Below the pieces are notes generated by a model, which ran no database searches, had not been told where the DNA came from, and saw nothing but the letters and a program-made list of their open reading frames with translations. 64,000 nucleotides of DNA from Octopus vulgaris (taxonomy: Eukaryota): positions 21,638,001 through 21,702,000 of the forward strand of contig OX597833.1 in the NCBI GenBank assembly GCA_951406725.2, in the 5' to 3' direction. A program made the translations under genes and the position numbers. Of this stretch, positions 40,305-52,403 are shown in pieces. Each line of letters opens with the position of its first letter. The stretch's first letter is position 1.

Positions 40305-40919
40305 TCATTCATTTTTGGTGACATTGGCTTTACTGTCTTCAGCAACATTGGAAGCCGATTTGTCGAACTCAGCAGTCGGGTCAACTTTTATATTGTCCGG
40401 AGCTGACCAACGCCTTTTGCGTACCTGTTGAACTCCTAAGCCATTACCATTATTGCTAGTGTTGGTAGCAGTGCTATTTTTATTGCTACTAATGTCTTCT
40501 GGGGCTAAATTTGTCTGAGTCTCAGTACTGTGTGTTGTAGTTTGTTTATGACCGAAGCTCATAGCTGCTGGAGGGCTGCAGTGCCGACTTAAATAAGATG
40601 ATTGGTTTTGTTGGCAATTAGACACTGGGGATGATGTTGATTTTGTGGATAGAATTGTATTCATAGTAGAAGTAGTACTAGCAGTTCGGAAGTTGGAGTG
40701 GGCCTCTCCGTCGATTTTGGTCCCCTTAAAGCTCTGCTGGTATTGGGGATGGATCATATCTCTGGGCGCTTCTTTGTGTGTCAAAGATATGCAGACATCC
40801 CCAACTGATAACTTGTGGCAGTCAAGTCCATAGCGCTTTATCGTTCGTTGGGGACAACATGATGACCATCCTTTGCCAAAAACAAAGAAAGGATGTTCCA
40901 GGGTGGCTTCCACAGTCAC
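40305..40919 (-). CDS. ATXN1: Ataxin-1-like gene, last coding exon (C-terminal AXH domain, RKRRWSAP motif, stop)
   Basis: Acceptor TTTTTTCTTCTTCATCAG|GTG, phase 0. Translates VTVEATLEHPFFVFGKGWSSCCPQRT...KLSVGDVCISLTHK (AXH) and VRKRRWSAP. Total CDS 8+1576+615=2199 nt = 732 aa plus stop. Confidence 0.95.
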   Translation of the reverse strand: MTVEATLEHPFFVFGKGWSSCCPQRTIKRYGLDCHKLSVGDVCISLTHKEAPRDMIHPQYQQSFKGTKIDGEAHSNFRTASTTSTMNTILSTKSTSSPVSNCQQNQSSYLSRHCSPPAAMSFGHKQTTTHSTETQTNLAPEDISSNKNSTATNTSNNGNGLGVQQVRKRRWSAPDNIKVDPTAEFDKSASNVAEDSKANVTKNE

Positions 40920-42284
40920 CTGATGAAGAAGAAAAAAAAGTATTAATATTTACAAGAATAATTAATTATCAATTATTAATTAATTAACATCAACATAAAA
41001 GTATTAAACAAACGTTTGCCTGAATCTTTGAGACAAAGAACTACCATTCTATTATACAGTAAATGCTGTAAAATGGTTGGCATTAGAAAGGGCTTCCAAC
41101 CTAAGAACCCATGTCAGAGCAGGCACTAGAACACGCAGCTGTCGTTGGGCCCATCAAATTCTATTCAAACCTTCCGACCATGTCAGCATGGAACATGGAC
41201 GTTAAATGATGATGATGATGATGATGATGATACACCTATATTTATAGACTAGTGTCGGAATCTTGGTTTTCTTCATCACAGCATTTTGGTCATTGTACCC
41301 TGTGGCCATCTTTAGGTGCCAGCCTTGTTTAGTAACATTCTTGGGATTCTGGAATTTGGAACCAAACCTTGCATTAAATCTGCAGAATAGATTGCTCTTG
41401 TTTCACCATGTAATATACTGAGCCAAAATTTGAAACCGTCACCATTATTGAAACATGTGTTGCATGAACAGAACTATTGAATACATATTTGTATTCATTT
41501 ACTAAATACATATATATACACAAACAGTATTGCGGCTGATTTATTTGACTAAACCCTTCAAGGTGGTGCCCCAGCATGGCCACAGTCCAATGACTGATGG
41601 AAACAAGTGAAAGAGAAAAGACAGACAGTTCTTATGGATTTAATGAAATACCTCGGCAAGAATAAAGAGTGATGAAACAAACACCACAAACATTTTAATC
41701 ATAATGATAACAACAACAACAATAATAATAATAATAGTACTTTCTGCTGTAGGCACAAGGCCTGATTTTTGTGGGGAGGGGACTAGTCGATTACATCAAC
41801 CCCAGTGTTTCACTAGTATTTAATTTATCGACCTCGAAAGGATGAAAGGCAAAGTTGACCTTGGTGGAATTTGAACTCAGAATTTGAAGACAGACAAAAT
41901 ACTGCCAAGCATTTGGCCAGGCATGCTAACAATTCTGCCAGCTTGCTACCTTCAACAACAACAATAATAATAATAATAATAATACCAATAATCCTTTCTA
42001 CTGTAGACACAAGGCCTGAAACTTGGGGAATGGGGATTGTCGATTACGTTGGTCCCAATATTCAACTAGTGCTTAATTTAGTGACACCAAAAGGATGAAA
42101 AGCAAAGTCAACCTCAATGGAATTTGAACTCAGAACATAAAAACGAACAACATGCCACTAAGCATTTTGCCTGGCTTGCTAACAATTCTACCAGCTCACC
42201 ACCTTATTAATAATCATAATAATAGTATGCAGCATAGAAAATTTCAGGAAGAGGAAACATAGTCATTTATATCGCCTCCTTTAA

Positions 42285-42506
42285 CCCTTTCATTACGAAC
42301 CCGGCTGAAACCAGCACTGGCTCTGTAGTACAAATGTCTTGTTTCCATAAGTTTTGAATTAAAATCTTCCACCAAACCTTAGTCACAATTTATGTTCCTA
42401 ACACTAGCTTAATGATAACTAAGTTATTTTACTAAATTCTTTCTTATATTTAAAATTAATTGACAGAAACACAGAGCATCTTGAAATAAATACAGTAACG
42501 AAAGGG
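42285..42506 (+). mobile_element. piggyBac-type MITE (222 bp)
   Basis: TTAA|CCCTTTCATTAC ... GTAACGAAAGGG|TTAA. Confidence 0.85.
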
Positions 42507-42914
42507 TTAATGTGATTTGCACATCATTTAACTGACTGCAGAAGGATGGAAAGTAAAGTCCATCCCAAAGGTATCAGAATGCAAAACATAATGGGATGGA
42601 AAGTAATTTTTATCCATCTACTATTCTACTGATTTGGCCAGACCACTACAGTTTAAAGAAAAAATTACAGTAACAATAATTATGATTTAAACAACAATGA
42701 ATAAATAAGTAAATACACACACACAGACACACTCACTAATAAATATTTATTAAGTATTAATTCATTTTAATTATTCATGATAAACTGCCAAATATTTCAA
42801 TCAATTGAAGTCACTGGACATTGGAATCAGTTGACTGAAACATATGGCCATTTGTCATGAATCATAACATTGATTAACAAATAAATATTTCTCATAGGGT
42901 TTTTTTCCTTCTCT

Positions 42915-43170
42915 CACAAATGAGAATACTAAAAATGAATCTGGATGCTCTCAAAAATTAATTAAAAAAAAAAAACGGAAAAATAATCCAGAATCCTTGT
43001 CCAGTACCCGATTGATCCCAAAATCTAATCAGTTCATGCCAGTCACAAGGCCAAACATTCCTGAAAGATTCATCTGAATCTATCCAGCGGTTCTTGGAAT
43101 ATCTTGCCCACGGTCTAACAAACATGACTAAAAGCAATACCGCTGCCTTTGCTAAGGTGGAGGTAATAAT
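42915..43170 (+). mobile_element. Interspersed repeat with 3' hairpin (ACC.C.GCCTT..CTAAGGTGGAGGT), possibly Helentron/DINE-like
   Basis: Second copy at ~62010-62262. The class assignment is inference. Confidence 0.5.
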
Positions 43171-43320
43171 AATTGATATGAGATCCCCATGTCACACACA
43201 TATGGTTGCGATGCACGCACCTGGTGTATTTTTATGAGACGGATAGTCATGATGGGTATATTGGACTTTGTATATTTGTACTCCAGTGTCACTTTGATGG
43301 CATGCACTGCTCCCTCACTC

Positions 43321-43361
<41 letters not shown>

Positions 43362-43784
43362 TAATAATCCTCTCTACTATAGGCAGTACTCAATCCCAGT
43401 ACTCGACTGATACTTATTTCATTGACCCCTAAAGGATGAGAGACAAAGTTGATTTCAGCAGAATTTGAACTTAGAATGTGAAGACAGACGAAATGCCACT
43501 AAGTATTTCACCCGGCACGCTAACGATTCTGTCAGCTCACCACCTTGATAATAATAACAATAATAATAGAGAAGATTGGAACAGAAAGTCCTGTAGAGCT
43601 TTTCTACAGAAAGTTTCCCTCTTTGGGACAGGAAAGATTATTAGAAGGGTTTTAAGCACTTAAAAGACAATTGAAACACCACTAAGCATTTCATCCAGCA
43701 TGCTAACAATTCTGCCAGCTCACCGCCTTAATAATAATGATGATGATGATGGTGGCGGCGGCGGCAGGAGGAGGAGGAGGAGGA

Positions 43785-43839
<55 letters not shown>

Positions 43840-44055
43840 CATCATCTTTTCTACTCTAGGCACAAGGCCCAAAATTTTTGGGAGGGACCAGCAAATTAGA
43901 TTGACCCCAGTATTCAATTGGTACCTAATTTATCGACCCTGAAAAGATGAAAGACGAAGTCAACCTAGGTGGAATTTGAACTCAGAATGTAAAGACAGAT
44001 GAAATATGGCTAAGCATTTCATCCGGTGTGCTAGCATTTCTACCAGCTTGCCGCC

Positions 44056-44124
<69 letters not shown>

Positions 44125-44524
44125 TCTTAAAAAGGATTGATGTAACTCTTCTTATTTTGAACTTGACAAAGACAGATGTACTGTTAAAATATCGTTCAAC
44201 TAATAAAATATCTTACAATCGAATTGCGCTCTTCGTCTTAATAATAATAATAATAATAATAATAATATATATATATATTTCTTTATTGCCCACAAGGGGC
44301 TAAACAAGGACAGACAAAGGGATTAAGTCGATTACATCGACCCCAGGGCAAAACTGGTACTTTATTTATCGACCCCGAAAGGATGAAAGGCAAAGTCGAC
44401 CTTGGCAGACAGATGTACTGTTGAAACATTATACAACTAATAAAATATCTTACAATCGAATCGCGCTCTTTGTCTTGACTAATAATGATAATAACAATAA
44501 TAATAATAATATGCATGATTATAC

Positions 44525-46100
44525 CTGAACTTTATTTTCACCAACCAGGAAGCTGAGAATAGTGGTTCCAAGGTCCACATTTTCATCCGTACGAACCACT
44601 GTGCTGGAGTCTATTTTGAGGTCAGCACTGATCTCTGCACTGTGAATGAAATCGTTTGTCTGTAAATCTTCAACACGCTTCAGGTCACCATTGGCAAGCT
44701 GAATGATTGAACCCTTGATGAAATGCGGAGGATAGTGAAGGTGTGGTGTCATAGGGGCGTTAGGTATTCCAGGCGATGTCCTTGTGCCTTGTAGTTGTGG
44801 TTGATGATGTGGTTGGTGTTGCTGTTGTGGTTGTTGTTGTTGGTGTGGGTGTTGGTGTTGTCCAATTCCCATTTCACAGCCTGTCGATGCCATCTCGCTG
44901 ATCGACTTTGACCGTTTCGCCGGCGATATGGCTTCTGACTTATGATGATAAGTCTTTGCCCCAGCGGACAATACTTGCTCTGGCTCTACGACTGGAGATT
45001 CGTTGATTTGGATGTTGGGTGGCCGGGTGAGTATACGGTGTTTCAAACTACCCTCTTTGCCACTTGGTACCTTGTAACCCAAGTCCTTATTGAGATCTGT
45101 TTTGGGGGTGGTTGTAGTGTCCTTCAGTAAAGAACTGGTTTTATTCTGAGTCGATAAGGGAGATAACTGACGAGAGTGCAAGTGTTTCTGTTGTTGTTGT
45201 TGTTGTTGTTGTTGCTGTTGTTGTTGTGATGAGGCTGAGTGAGACTTATCCTCTTTTGAAAGACTATGAGAAGGGGCAACTCCACGTGGCGAGTGACTGT
45301 AGCCGTCGACAGTCGCAGCCTCAGCGAGCGAATCCCTCATTTGTTCTTGTTTAGGAGAGTGTTGATGCATAAGAGCTGACTGGCTGGGCGAGTGTCCGAG
45401 GTTGCCGGCGGAGCTGGGAGAAGTGGTCGGAGTCGCATTCCGATGACTGGACAGTGGAGAGTATTGTGATATATGAGTTGGCATGAATGTGCGAGGTAGC
45501 TGCGATTGGCTGACATGCTGGGTGTGGCTGCCCATGCTGGCGAGGACAGCAGAGTAGGAGTCCAAGTGAGGGTAGTGACCAGCTGGTGACAACAGGCAAC
45601 TAGGTGAGTAGCCTTGTGGGTATTGAGGGTAGAATGTATTATAAGGTGACACGGCACCAGATGCTAGATGACCGGCTGGCTGTCCATGAATGCTATAAAG
45701 AGAGGAAAATGAAGCTAGTGAGCTATTGGCTGTCGTATAGAGAGAGTTACCGTATTGGCCAGCGTGATAAATCCTTGGAGCTGGATCAGCAACAGTTGGA
45801 GAAGGCCGAAATAAGCTGCCAATAGACGATTGGCTGCTGTTAAGAACCGATTGCATCTCCAGACCAGGCTGTGTAGCTGTGCGCACGGTATGCAAGCTTT
45901 CTGCAGCTTGGACAATAGTTGGAGCAGTGTAGCCGGGGAGAAGGCTGCTGTGAACAGGACGAAGGGGTAAAGAGGGTGCTACACTTTGAGTCGATCCATC
46001 GCCAGTGCTGGTGTTTGGGAAGCAAGAGAAAGGACGTGGAGCTGTTACTGAACTACTTTGAAGAGGAACAGGAACTCTACCATTCTGTCCACAGCCATTT
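44525..46100 (-). CDS. ATXN1: Ataxin-1-like gene, large exon (low-complexity S/P/Q/H region, polyQ, N-terminal part of AXH domain)
   Basis: Frame is open from acceptor TTTTTTTCCAG|A (46101-46103) to donor CAG|GTATAA (44524). It extends the 458-aa ORF-track ORF upstream without stops. Ends in YPPHFIKGSIIQLANGDLKRVEDLQTNDFIHSAEISADLKIDSSTV...VGENKVQ, matching the ataxin-1 AXH domain. Confidence 0.93.
45188..45226 (-). repeat. Coding polyglutamine tract, 13 Q: (CAA)3 CAG (CAA)8 CAG
   Basis: Read directly from the sequence, in frame with the ataxin-1 exon. Confidence 0.95.
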
Positions 46101-46819
46101 CTGGAAAAAAAAAAAAGACAAGAGGAAAAGATATTTTAAAAGAGGGAATATTTAAAAAAAAAAACAAAGAATATTTGCTGTTACCATACAAACAAAATAT
46201 AAAATAATTCTTTTAATAAACAAAAATAAACGTGATAAGAAGCTTGCTTCCCAATCACATGGTTCTGGGTTCAGTTCCATTGTGTGGCACCTTGTGCAAT
46301 AACCTTGGGCCAATCAAAGCCGTGTGAATGGATTTGGTCGATGGAAACTGAAAGAAGCCTGTCATATATATGCGTGTATGTGTGTGTGTGAATTTGTCTC
46401 CCACCACTTGTTTGATAAATATATAGATATTATATATTAAGAATAATAAAGAGTATGGAGACTTGTACATATACAAAATTTTTTTGATAGCTATATACAA
46501 CATATCAACTATTATTAATATTAATATATACTCCAGGGGTAACCTTTACAGTCCAGCGTAGAGGACACAGAATTATCCATCAGAAGAATCCATGGAGTGA
46601 CTAACAATTAATTGTAGACACAAATGTTGGATACTGATTGTTGTGATATATATATATATATATATATATAGATAGATAGATAGATAGATAGATATAGATA
46701 GATATATATAAGATATGAGGAGTTTTTGTCAGAGTGATTCAAACTAATAGGTATGCTACTAAAATTCTGGTTTTGATTTGAACTACTGTTGAACTGCCGA
46801 CTATACCTACATACCTTCA

Positions 46820-46883
<64 letters not shown>

Positions 46884-46934
46884 CATACATATATATTATA
46901 TATATAGATTTATTTATTTCTTCATTCATGTTCC

Positions 46935-46969
46935 TTTCTGTTGAAGAGTGTAGCCTCAAAATGTAATAG
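46935..46969 (+). ncRNA. Highly degenerate minimal hammerhead-like motif (element ~46910-47058)
   Basis: ttt-CTGTTGA-a-gagt gtagc ctc-AAAA-tg-TA; same layout and tail style as the element around 10324. Confidence 0.4.
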
Positions 46970-47092
46970 ACTTTCTCACCTTCCCGACCATCAAATTAAT
47001 ACACCTGCTTGTTGTTTATACACCTGTCTTAGTCTTTTGTTTTCAGTAAATTTCAACTATATATATATTTATATATATATACACACACACAC

Positions 47093-47478
47093 ATATATAT
47101 TTGTTAAAGAGACAACAAACAATGAAAGCAAGACAAACATCTCAAGTCATATATGTTATTATTATTAAAAAAATTTGAAGTTTTACAGCTGTTTCTGGGA
47201 TATCTTGTCATTGGAAACAAACAGGGAAAATGTGAAAGGTATAGACAGCTGTGAGACTTTAAATTTTTCTAATAATAATAACATATATGAATTGAGATGT
47301 TTGTCTTGCTTTGGCATTTGTTGTCCCTTTTAACAAATATATATCCGTTGTATCGGAAATCTACAATGGTTTCATAACTCCTATCTCGGCTATGAGCTTG
47401 GAGCCCTGGTAATCTGTTACAGCACTTACTCAAGTGTGCCTAGTCATTTAGATCACCTGTGAATTAAACCCCCATACT
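47093..47478 (+). mobile_element. Fold-back element (palindrome 47093-47344 plus tail) with hammerhead motif at 47180-47218 (minus)
   Basis: Arms of ~100 bp. Minus strand reads gttt-CCAATGA-caagatatccca-GAAA-cagctg-TA-aaac; the right arm repeats ACAGCTGT. Confidence 0.7.
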
Positions 47479-48550
47479 TTGTATGTGTGCATATATATAT
47501 ATAGGTGCAGAAGTGGCTGTGTGGTAAGTAGCTTGCTTACCAACCACATGCGTGGCACCTTGGGCAAAGTGTGTTCTACTATAGCTTCAAGCCGACCAAA
47601 GACTTGTGAGTAGATTTGGTAGACGGAAACTGAAAGAAGCCCGTCGTATATATGAATGTATGTATATATATATGCTAGTGTGTCTGTGTTTGTCCCCCCA
47701 ACATTGCTTAACAACTGATGTTGGTGTGTTTACATCCCCGTAACTTAGCAGTTCGGCAAAAGAGACCGATAGAATAAGTACTAGGCTTACATTACAAAGA
47801 ATAAGTCCTGGGGTTGATTTGCTTGACTAAAAGGCGGTGCTCCAGCATGGCCACAGTCAAATGACTGAAACAAGTAAAAGAGTAAAAAGTAAGCGTAATA
47901 CATATATATACTTTATATATGTATATACACACACATATACATATACATGTCTATATGTATTGTGTGTGTTTTTGTCCCCTACTCCATTATCACTTGGTAA
48001 TTGGTGTTGGCTTGTTAACATCTTCAGTGTGTGTTTGTGTATGTGTGCATGTTTGTACTTGTTATTGTCTCCTTGTCTTGACATGACTTGATAGCTGTAA
48101 ACGAGTGTCACTGTCGTGTAAGCAGTGTCTTACATTTCCAATATTTTATGGAAACATTACCTTACCTGTCTATGAAACAACAATTAACATTGCAAACCAT
48201 TATGGAAACACTGTAGCTTACTTAAACTGTTATAGAAACCCTTCAATTGTTTTTAACAGTGCAACTTGAAGCAGATAAAGCTATAAATAATATTGTGTAA
48301 GTGTTGGATTAAAAGCACCTTTGGACAGAAAAAATCGAAGGCTGCCCAAGGAACTTGAGCCAAGATCTTCAGTAAACACAGCAGACATATTCTACCATTT
48401 TACCAAAGCAATTCTTTTTTTGCCACCAGCAAGATTTCTATGTTGACATCATAAAGATTTTAAATCTTTGAGACATGTGAAATAATTCTTTGTTTTTTCA
48501 ACAGTGGAACTCAAAGTAAGATAAAATTATAAATAATACCTTGTAAAATA

Positions 48551-49627
48551 TGAGATGGTATTAAAACGTTCCCAGATTAGTTCTGTAGCATGCCAACAGA
48601 TGGCAGTACACAGTTGTGTGCACAGTGAGAGCTAGTGGTGACCCTCATGAGGCAGTGTGCGGAGTGGCATTACTATGTTTAGTTTGCAATTCCTTGTATG
48701 TTGCAGTCGGCAATTTTTGACATAGACAGGAAGTTGGAACTAAGAGCCAACATGAAATTTTGTGCAAAACTACAGAGACATTGAGCATGCTTTGGCAAGC
48801 TTAAAGTGATGAGGCAATGGGTCGCAGGTGCTTCAAAAGCGGAAGAATGTCCCTCGAAGACCTACCATGAGTGTCACCTGTGGAAAGTGGAGAAAATTCA
48901 TCAGTTTGTGCATGTTCTTCATGATGACAATCCACTCTGTCACTGAGCCCTCCTCACTAGGGAGTTTCTCACTAAAAACAACATGGTATCGCTTCTGCAC
49001 CCAGCCTATTCACCAGTTTTAGCAACTGAAGACTGCCATCTCTTCCCCAAGATGTGAAAGCAGCTCAAAAGTAACCATCTTAATACCGTTGTCAAGATCC
49101 AAAGCAAATTACACAAGAATTGCCCTTAATTCACTTACAGAAAACAACTTCCAGACTGGATTCCAAAAGTGGGAGGAATGCTGGGACCAGTGTACCGGTG
49201 TACAAGATGACTATTTCAAAGAAGGTGTTAAAACTTAGGCGTAGGAGTGGCTGTGTGGTAAGTAGCTTGCTTACGAACCACATGGTTCCGGGTTCAGTCC
49301 CACTGTGTGACACCTTGGGCAAGTGTCTTCTACTAAAGCCTTGGGCTGACCAAAGTATGTGTGTGTGTATATGTTTGTGTGTCTGTGTTTGTCCCTCCAA
49401 CATCGCTTGACAACTGACGGTGGTGTGTTTACGTCCCTGTAACTTAGCAGTTCGGCAAAAGTACCGATAGAATAAGTACTAGGCTTACAAAGAATAAGTC
49501 CTGGGGTCGATTTGGTTGACTAAAGGCGGTGCTCCAACATGGCCACAGTCAAATGACTGAAACCAGTAAAAGAATAAAGAGTAAATAAATTAATTTTTTT
49601 TATTAAAACTTTTTTGGTATCACCTTG
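48551..49627 (+). mobile_element. Degenerate mariner element (internally deleted, carries a SINE insertion)
   Basis: TA at both ends (48549-48550, 49628-49629). Degenerate TIRs TGAGATGGTATTAAAACGTT / AACTTTTTTGGTATCACCTTG. Remnants RKLE.RANMKFC and HPAYSPVLATEDCHLFPK (cf. mariner YSPDLAP). Confidence 0.85.
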
Positions 49628-51056
49628 TATTGGGTTAAAAAAAACCTTTGAATAGAAATATTCAAATGATTGCTTTATTCCAATGGTAGAAAATCTGACA
49701 TGTTTACAGAAGATGTGGGTTCAAGTCCTATGGACAACCTTCAGCTTTTTTTATCCAAGGGGTTTTTAAACACAATATTTACATGCTATTATTTACACTT
49801 TATCTACTTCAAGCCCTCTCAAAAAAACTGTTTTGAAAAGGATCATCTCTTTGATACAGGGTCTCTACAAAAAGACTGTTTTGGAAAGGATAATTTCTAA
49901 GGATAATTACGGAAACATTACAAATATTGATTTCAAATTTTAGCACAAGGCCTGCAATCAACCCCAGTGCTTGATTGGTTCTTATTTTACAACCCAGAAA
50001 GGATGAAAGGCAGACAACCTCAATGGAAGTTACACTACAAATATTACAAGATATTACAAGTCTGATTGACTTTTTTTTTACAAGGTGTTTCTATCACTTT
50101 AGTTCAGGCATGAGCAGCGTTTATCAAGAAACAGTCTGCATGAGACGTAGCTCATCATCAAACGAACTAATTCATGCTAATTTTTTGTTGGCATGCCATT
50201 TGGAAAGTCCACCAAGACATAATTTTCCCAAGAGTGTTTTACATAATGATTAGTGAGAAAGCGCATGGCTCAGTGGTTAGAGCATTGAGCTGAGCTTATG
50301 ATCATGAGGTTGTGAGTTTGATTCCCAGACCAGGCTGTGTGTTGTGTTCTTGAGCAAGACACTTTATTTTTATGTTGCTCCAGTTCACTCAGCTGTAGAA
50401 ACGAGTTGCGACATCACTGGTGCCAAACTGTTTCGGCCTTTGCCTTTCCCTGGTATAACATCAGTGGCATGGAAAGGGGAGGCTGGTATGCATGGGCGAC
50501 TGCTGGTCTTCCATAAACAACTTTACCCAGACTTGTGCCTCAGAGGGTAACTTTCTAGGTACAATCCCATGGTCATGCATGACTGAAGGGGGTCGCCCTT
50601 CACCCTTCAATGTGAAGATGCATGGCCTAGTAGTTAGGATGATGCACTCACAATTACCAGATTATGGGTTCGATTCCCAGACCATGTGGCGCATTTTGTT
50701 CTCAAGCAAAACACTTTGTTCCACGTTGCTCTAGTGATATGTGGGAACCAGAATGTCAGAGAATAGACCCAACGTTTCCTCCGCATGTCATAAAAGGGTA
50801 ACTAAAAGAGACTGAGGTAAGATTTGTGCACCCCAACCTCGTAAAAACCCTCCCCAGCAACGACTACCCAAACAGACCCCATGCGTCGGAGGGCTGTCAT
50901 CAGAGTGATGCCGTTATACCATCCAGCAGAAGAGACTCACTAACATATGGTCGATGCAGCAACATGCTGTCGCAGCACATGACCCCATGCTGCTCTAGCT
51001 ACTACAAGTACTACTATTACTACTACTACTACTACTACTACAACAACTACTATTAA

Positions 51057-51165
<109 letters not shown>

Positions 51166-51464
51166 TAATAATAATAATAATAATAATAATGCAAAAAAAA
51201 TCTATTCTAAAATAATAAAGATCAGCCCAACTTCACCCTAAAGAAGTTAATTGCAAAAGATGTAAAACTATAGGTATGTTTTCTAAAAGATATATTTAGG
51301 TTGTGGTGGTGGTCGTGGTTGGGGGTGGGGTAAATGATCCAACTTATTCTAACTCCTATACTATTTCCTTTACATTATTGTAGGAAACTGCGAAAACACA
51401 CATTACTGTCTGTTAAGTATTTCAGTAACACATGAACATGTACACACATACATATATGTATGTA

Positions 51465-52102
<638 letters not shown>

Positions 52103-52357
52103 AAAATAAAGTCAAGGTAACATTATCTGGAACCAAAGTAAAGGCTTGCTGGATGAGGTTTGGGATGAAGAATGGAAGCAAAACACAGACATAAGCTACA
52201 GCAGAGACAGAAACAGAGAGGGGGAGAGGGGAGGGGGATTTTAAAAAAAGAAAAAGAAGAAAAAAAACAGAAAAAAAAACATATAGAATAAATAATGAAA
52301 TAAATAAATAAATAAACGAATAAATAAAGAGAATAAATATTCAGTTGAAACACTCAC

Positions 52358-52365
52358 CTGTTCAT
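52358..52365 (-). CDS. ATXN1: Ataxin-1-like gene, coding part of first coding exon (ATG AAC AG)
   Basis: Minus strand reads ...AAACAG ATG AAC AG|GTGAGT, a consensus donor. The phase-2 end joins the next exon (starts A AAT GGC) to give MNRNGCGQ... in the long frame. An in-frame TGA lies upstream (52426-52428) with no intervening in-frame ATG. Confidence 0.7.
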
Positions 52366-52403
52366 CTGTTTCCTAACTCTCCTATCTGCATATCTCCATT
52401 CAT
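52362..52403 (-). promoter_or_regulatory. Upstream ORF (MNGDMQIGELGNR*) whose TGA overlaps the main ATG
   Basis: ATG at 52403-52401, 13 codons, stop TGA at 52364-52362 within ATGA. Confidence 0.55.

Noticed and set aside
44170-44480. 70-bp direct duplication (44170-44240, 44407-44478) next to the exon 2 donor
   Set aside because: Most simply a local duplication associated with the intervening SINE fragment; no structure or coding potential is evident.
45337-45657. 106-aa alternative-frame ORF inside the large exon as an Alt-ATXN1 analogue
   Set aside because: It starts at a non-ATG codon, its length is expected by chance in GC-richer coding DNA, and there is no independent support.
45893-45895. 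ORF-track start of the 458-aa ORF
   Set aside because: It is a TTG (Leu). The frame stays open to the splice acceptor at 46101, so this is internal exon sequence. Likewise the 40919 start is a GTG right after an acceptor.
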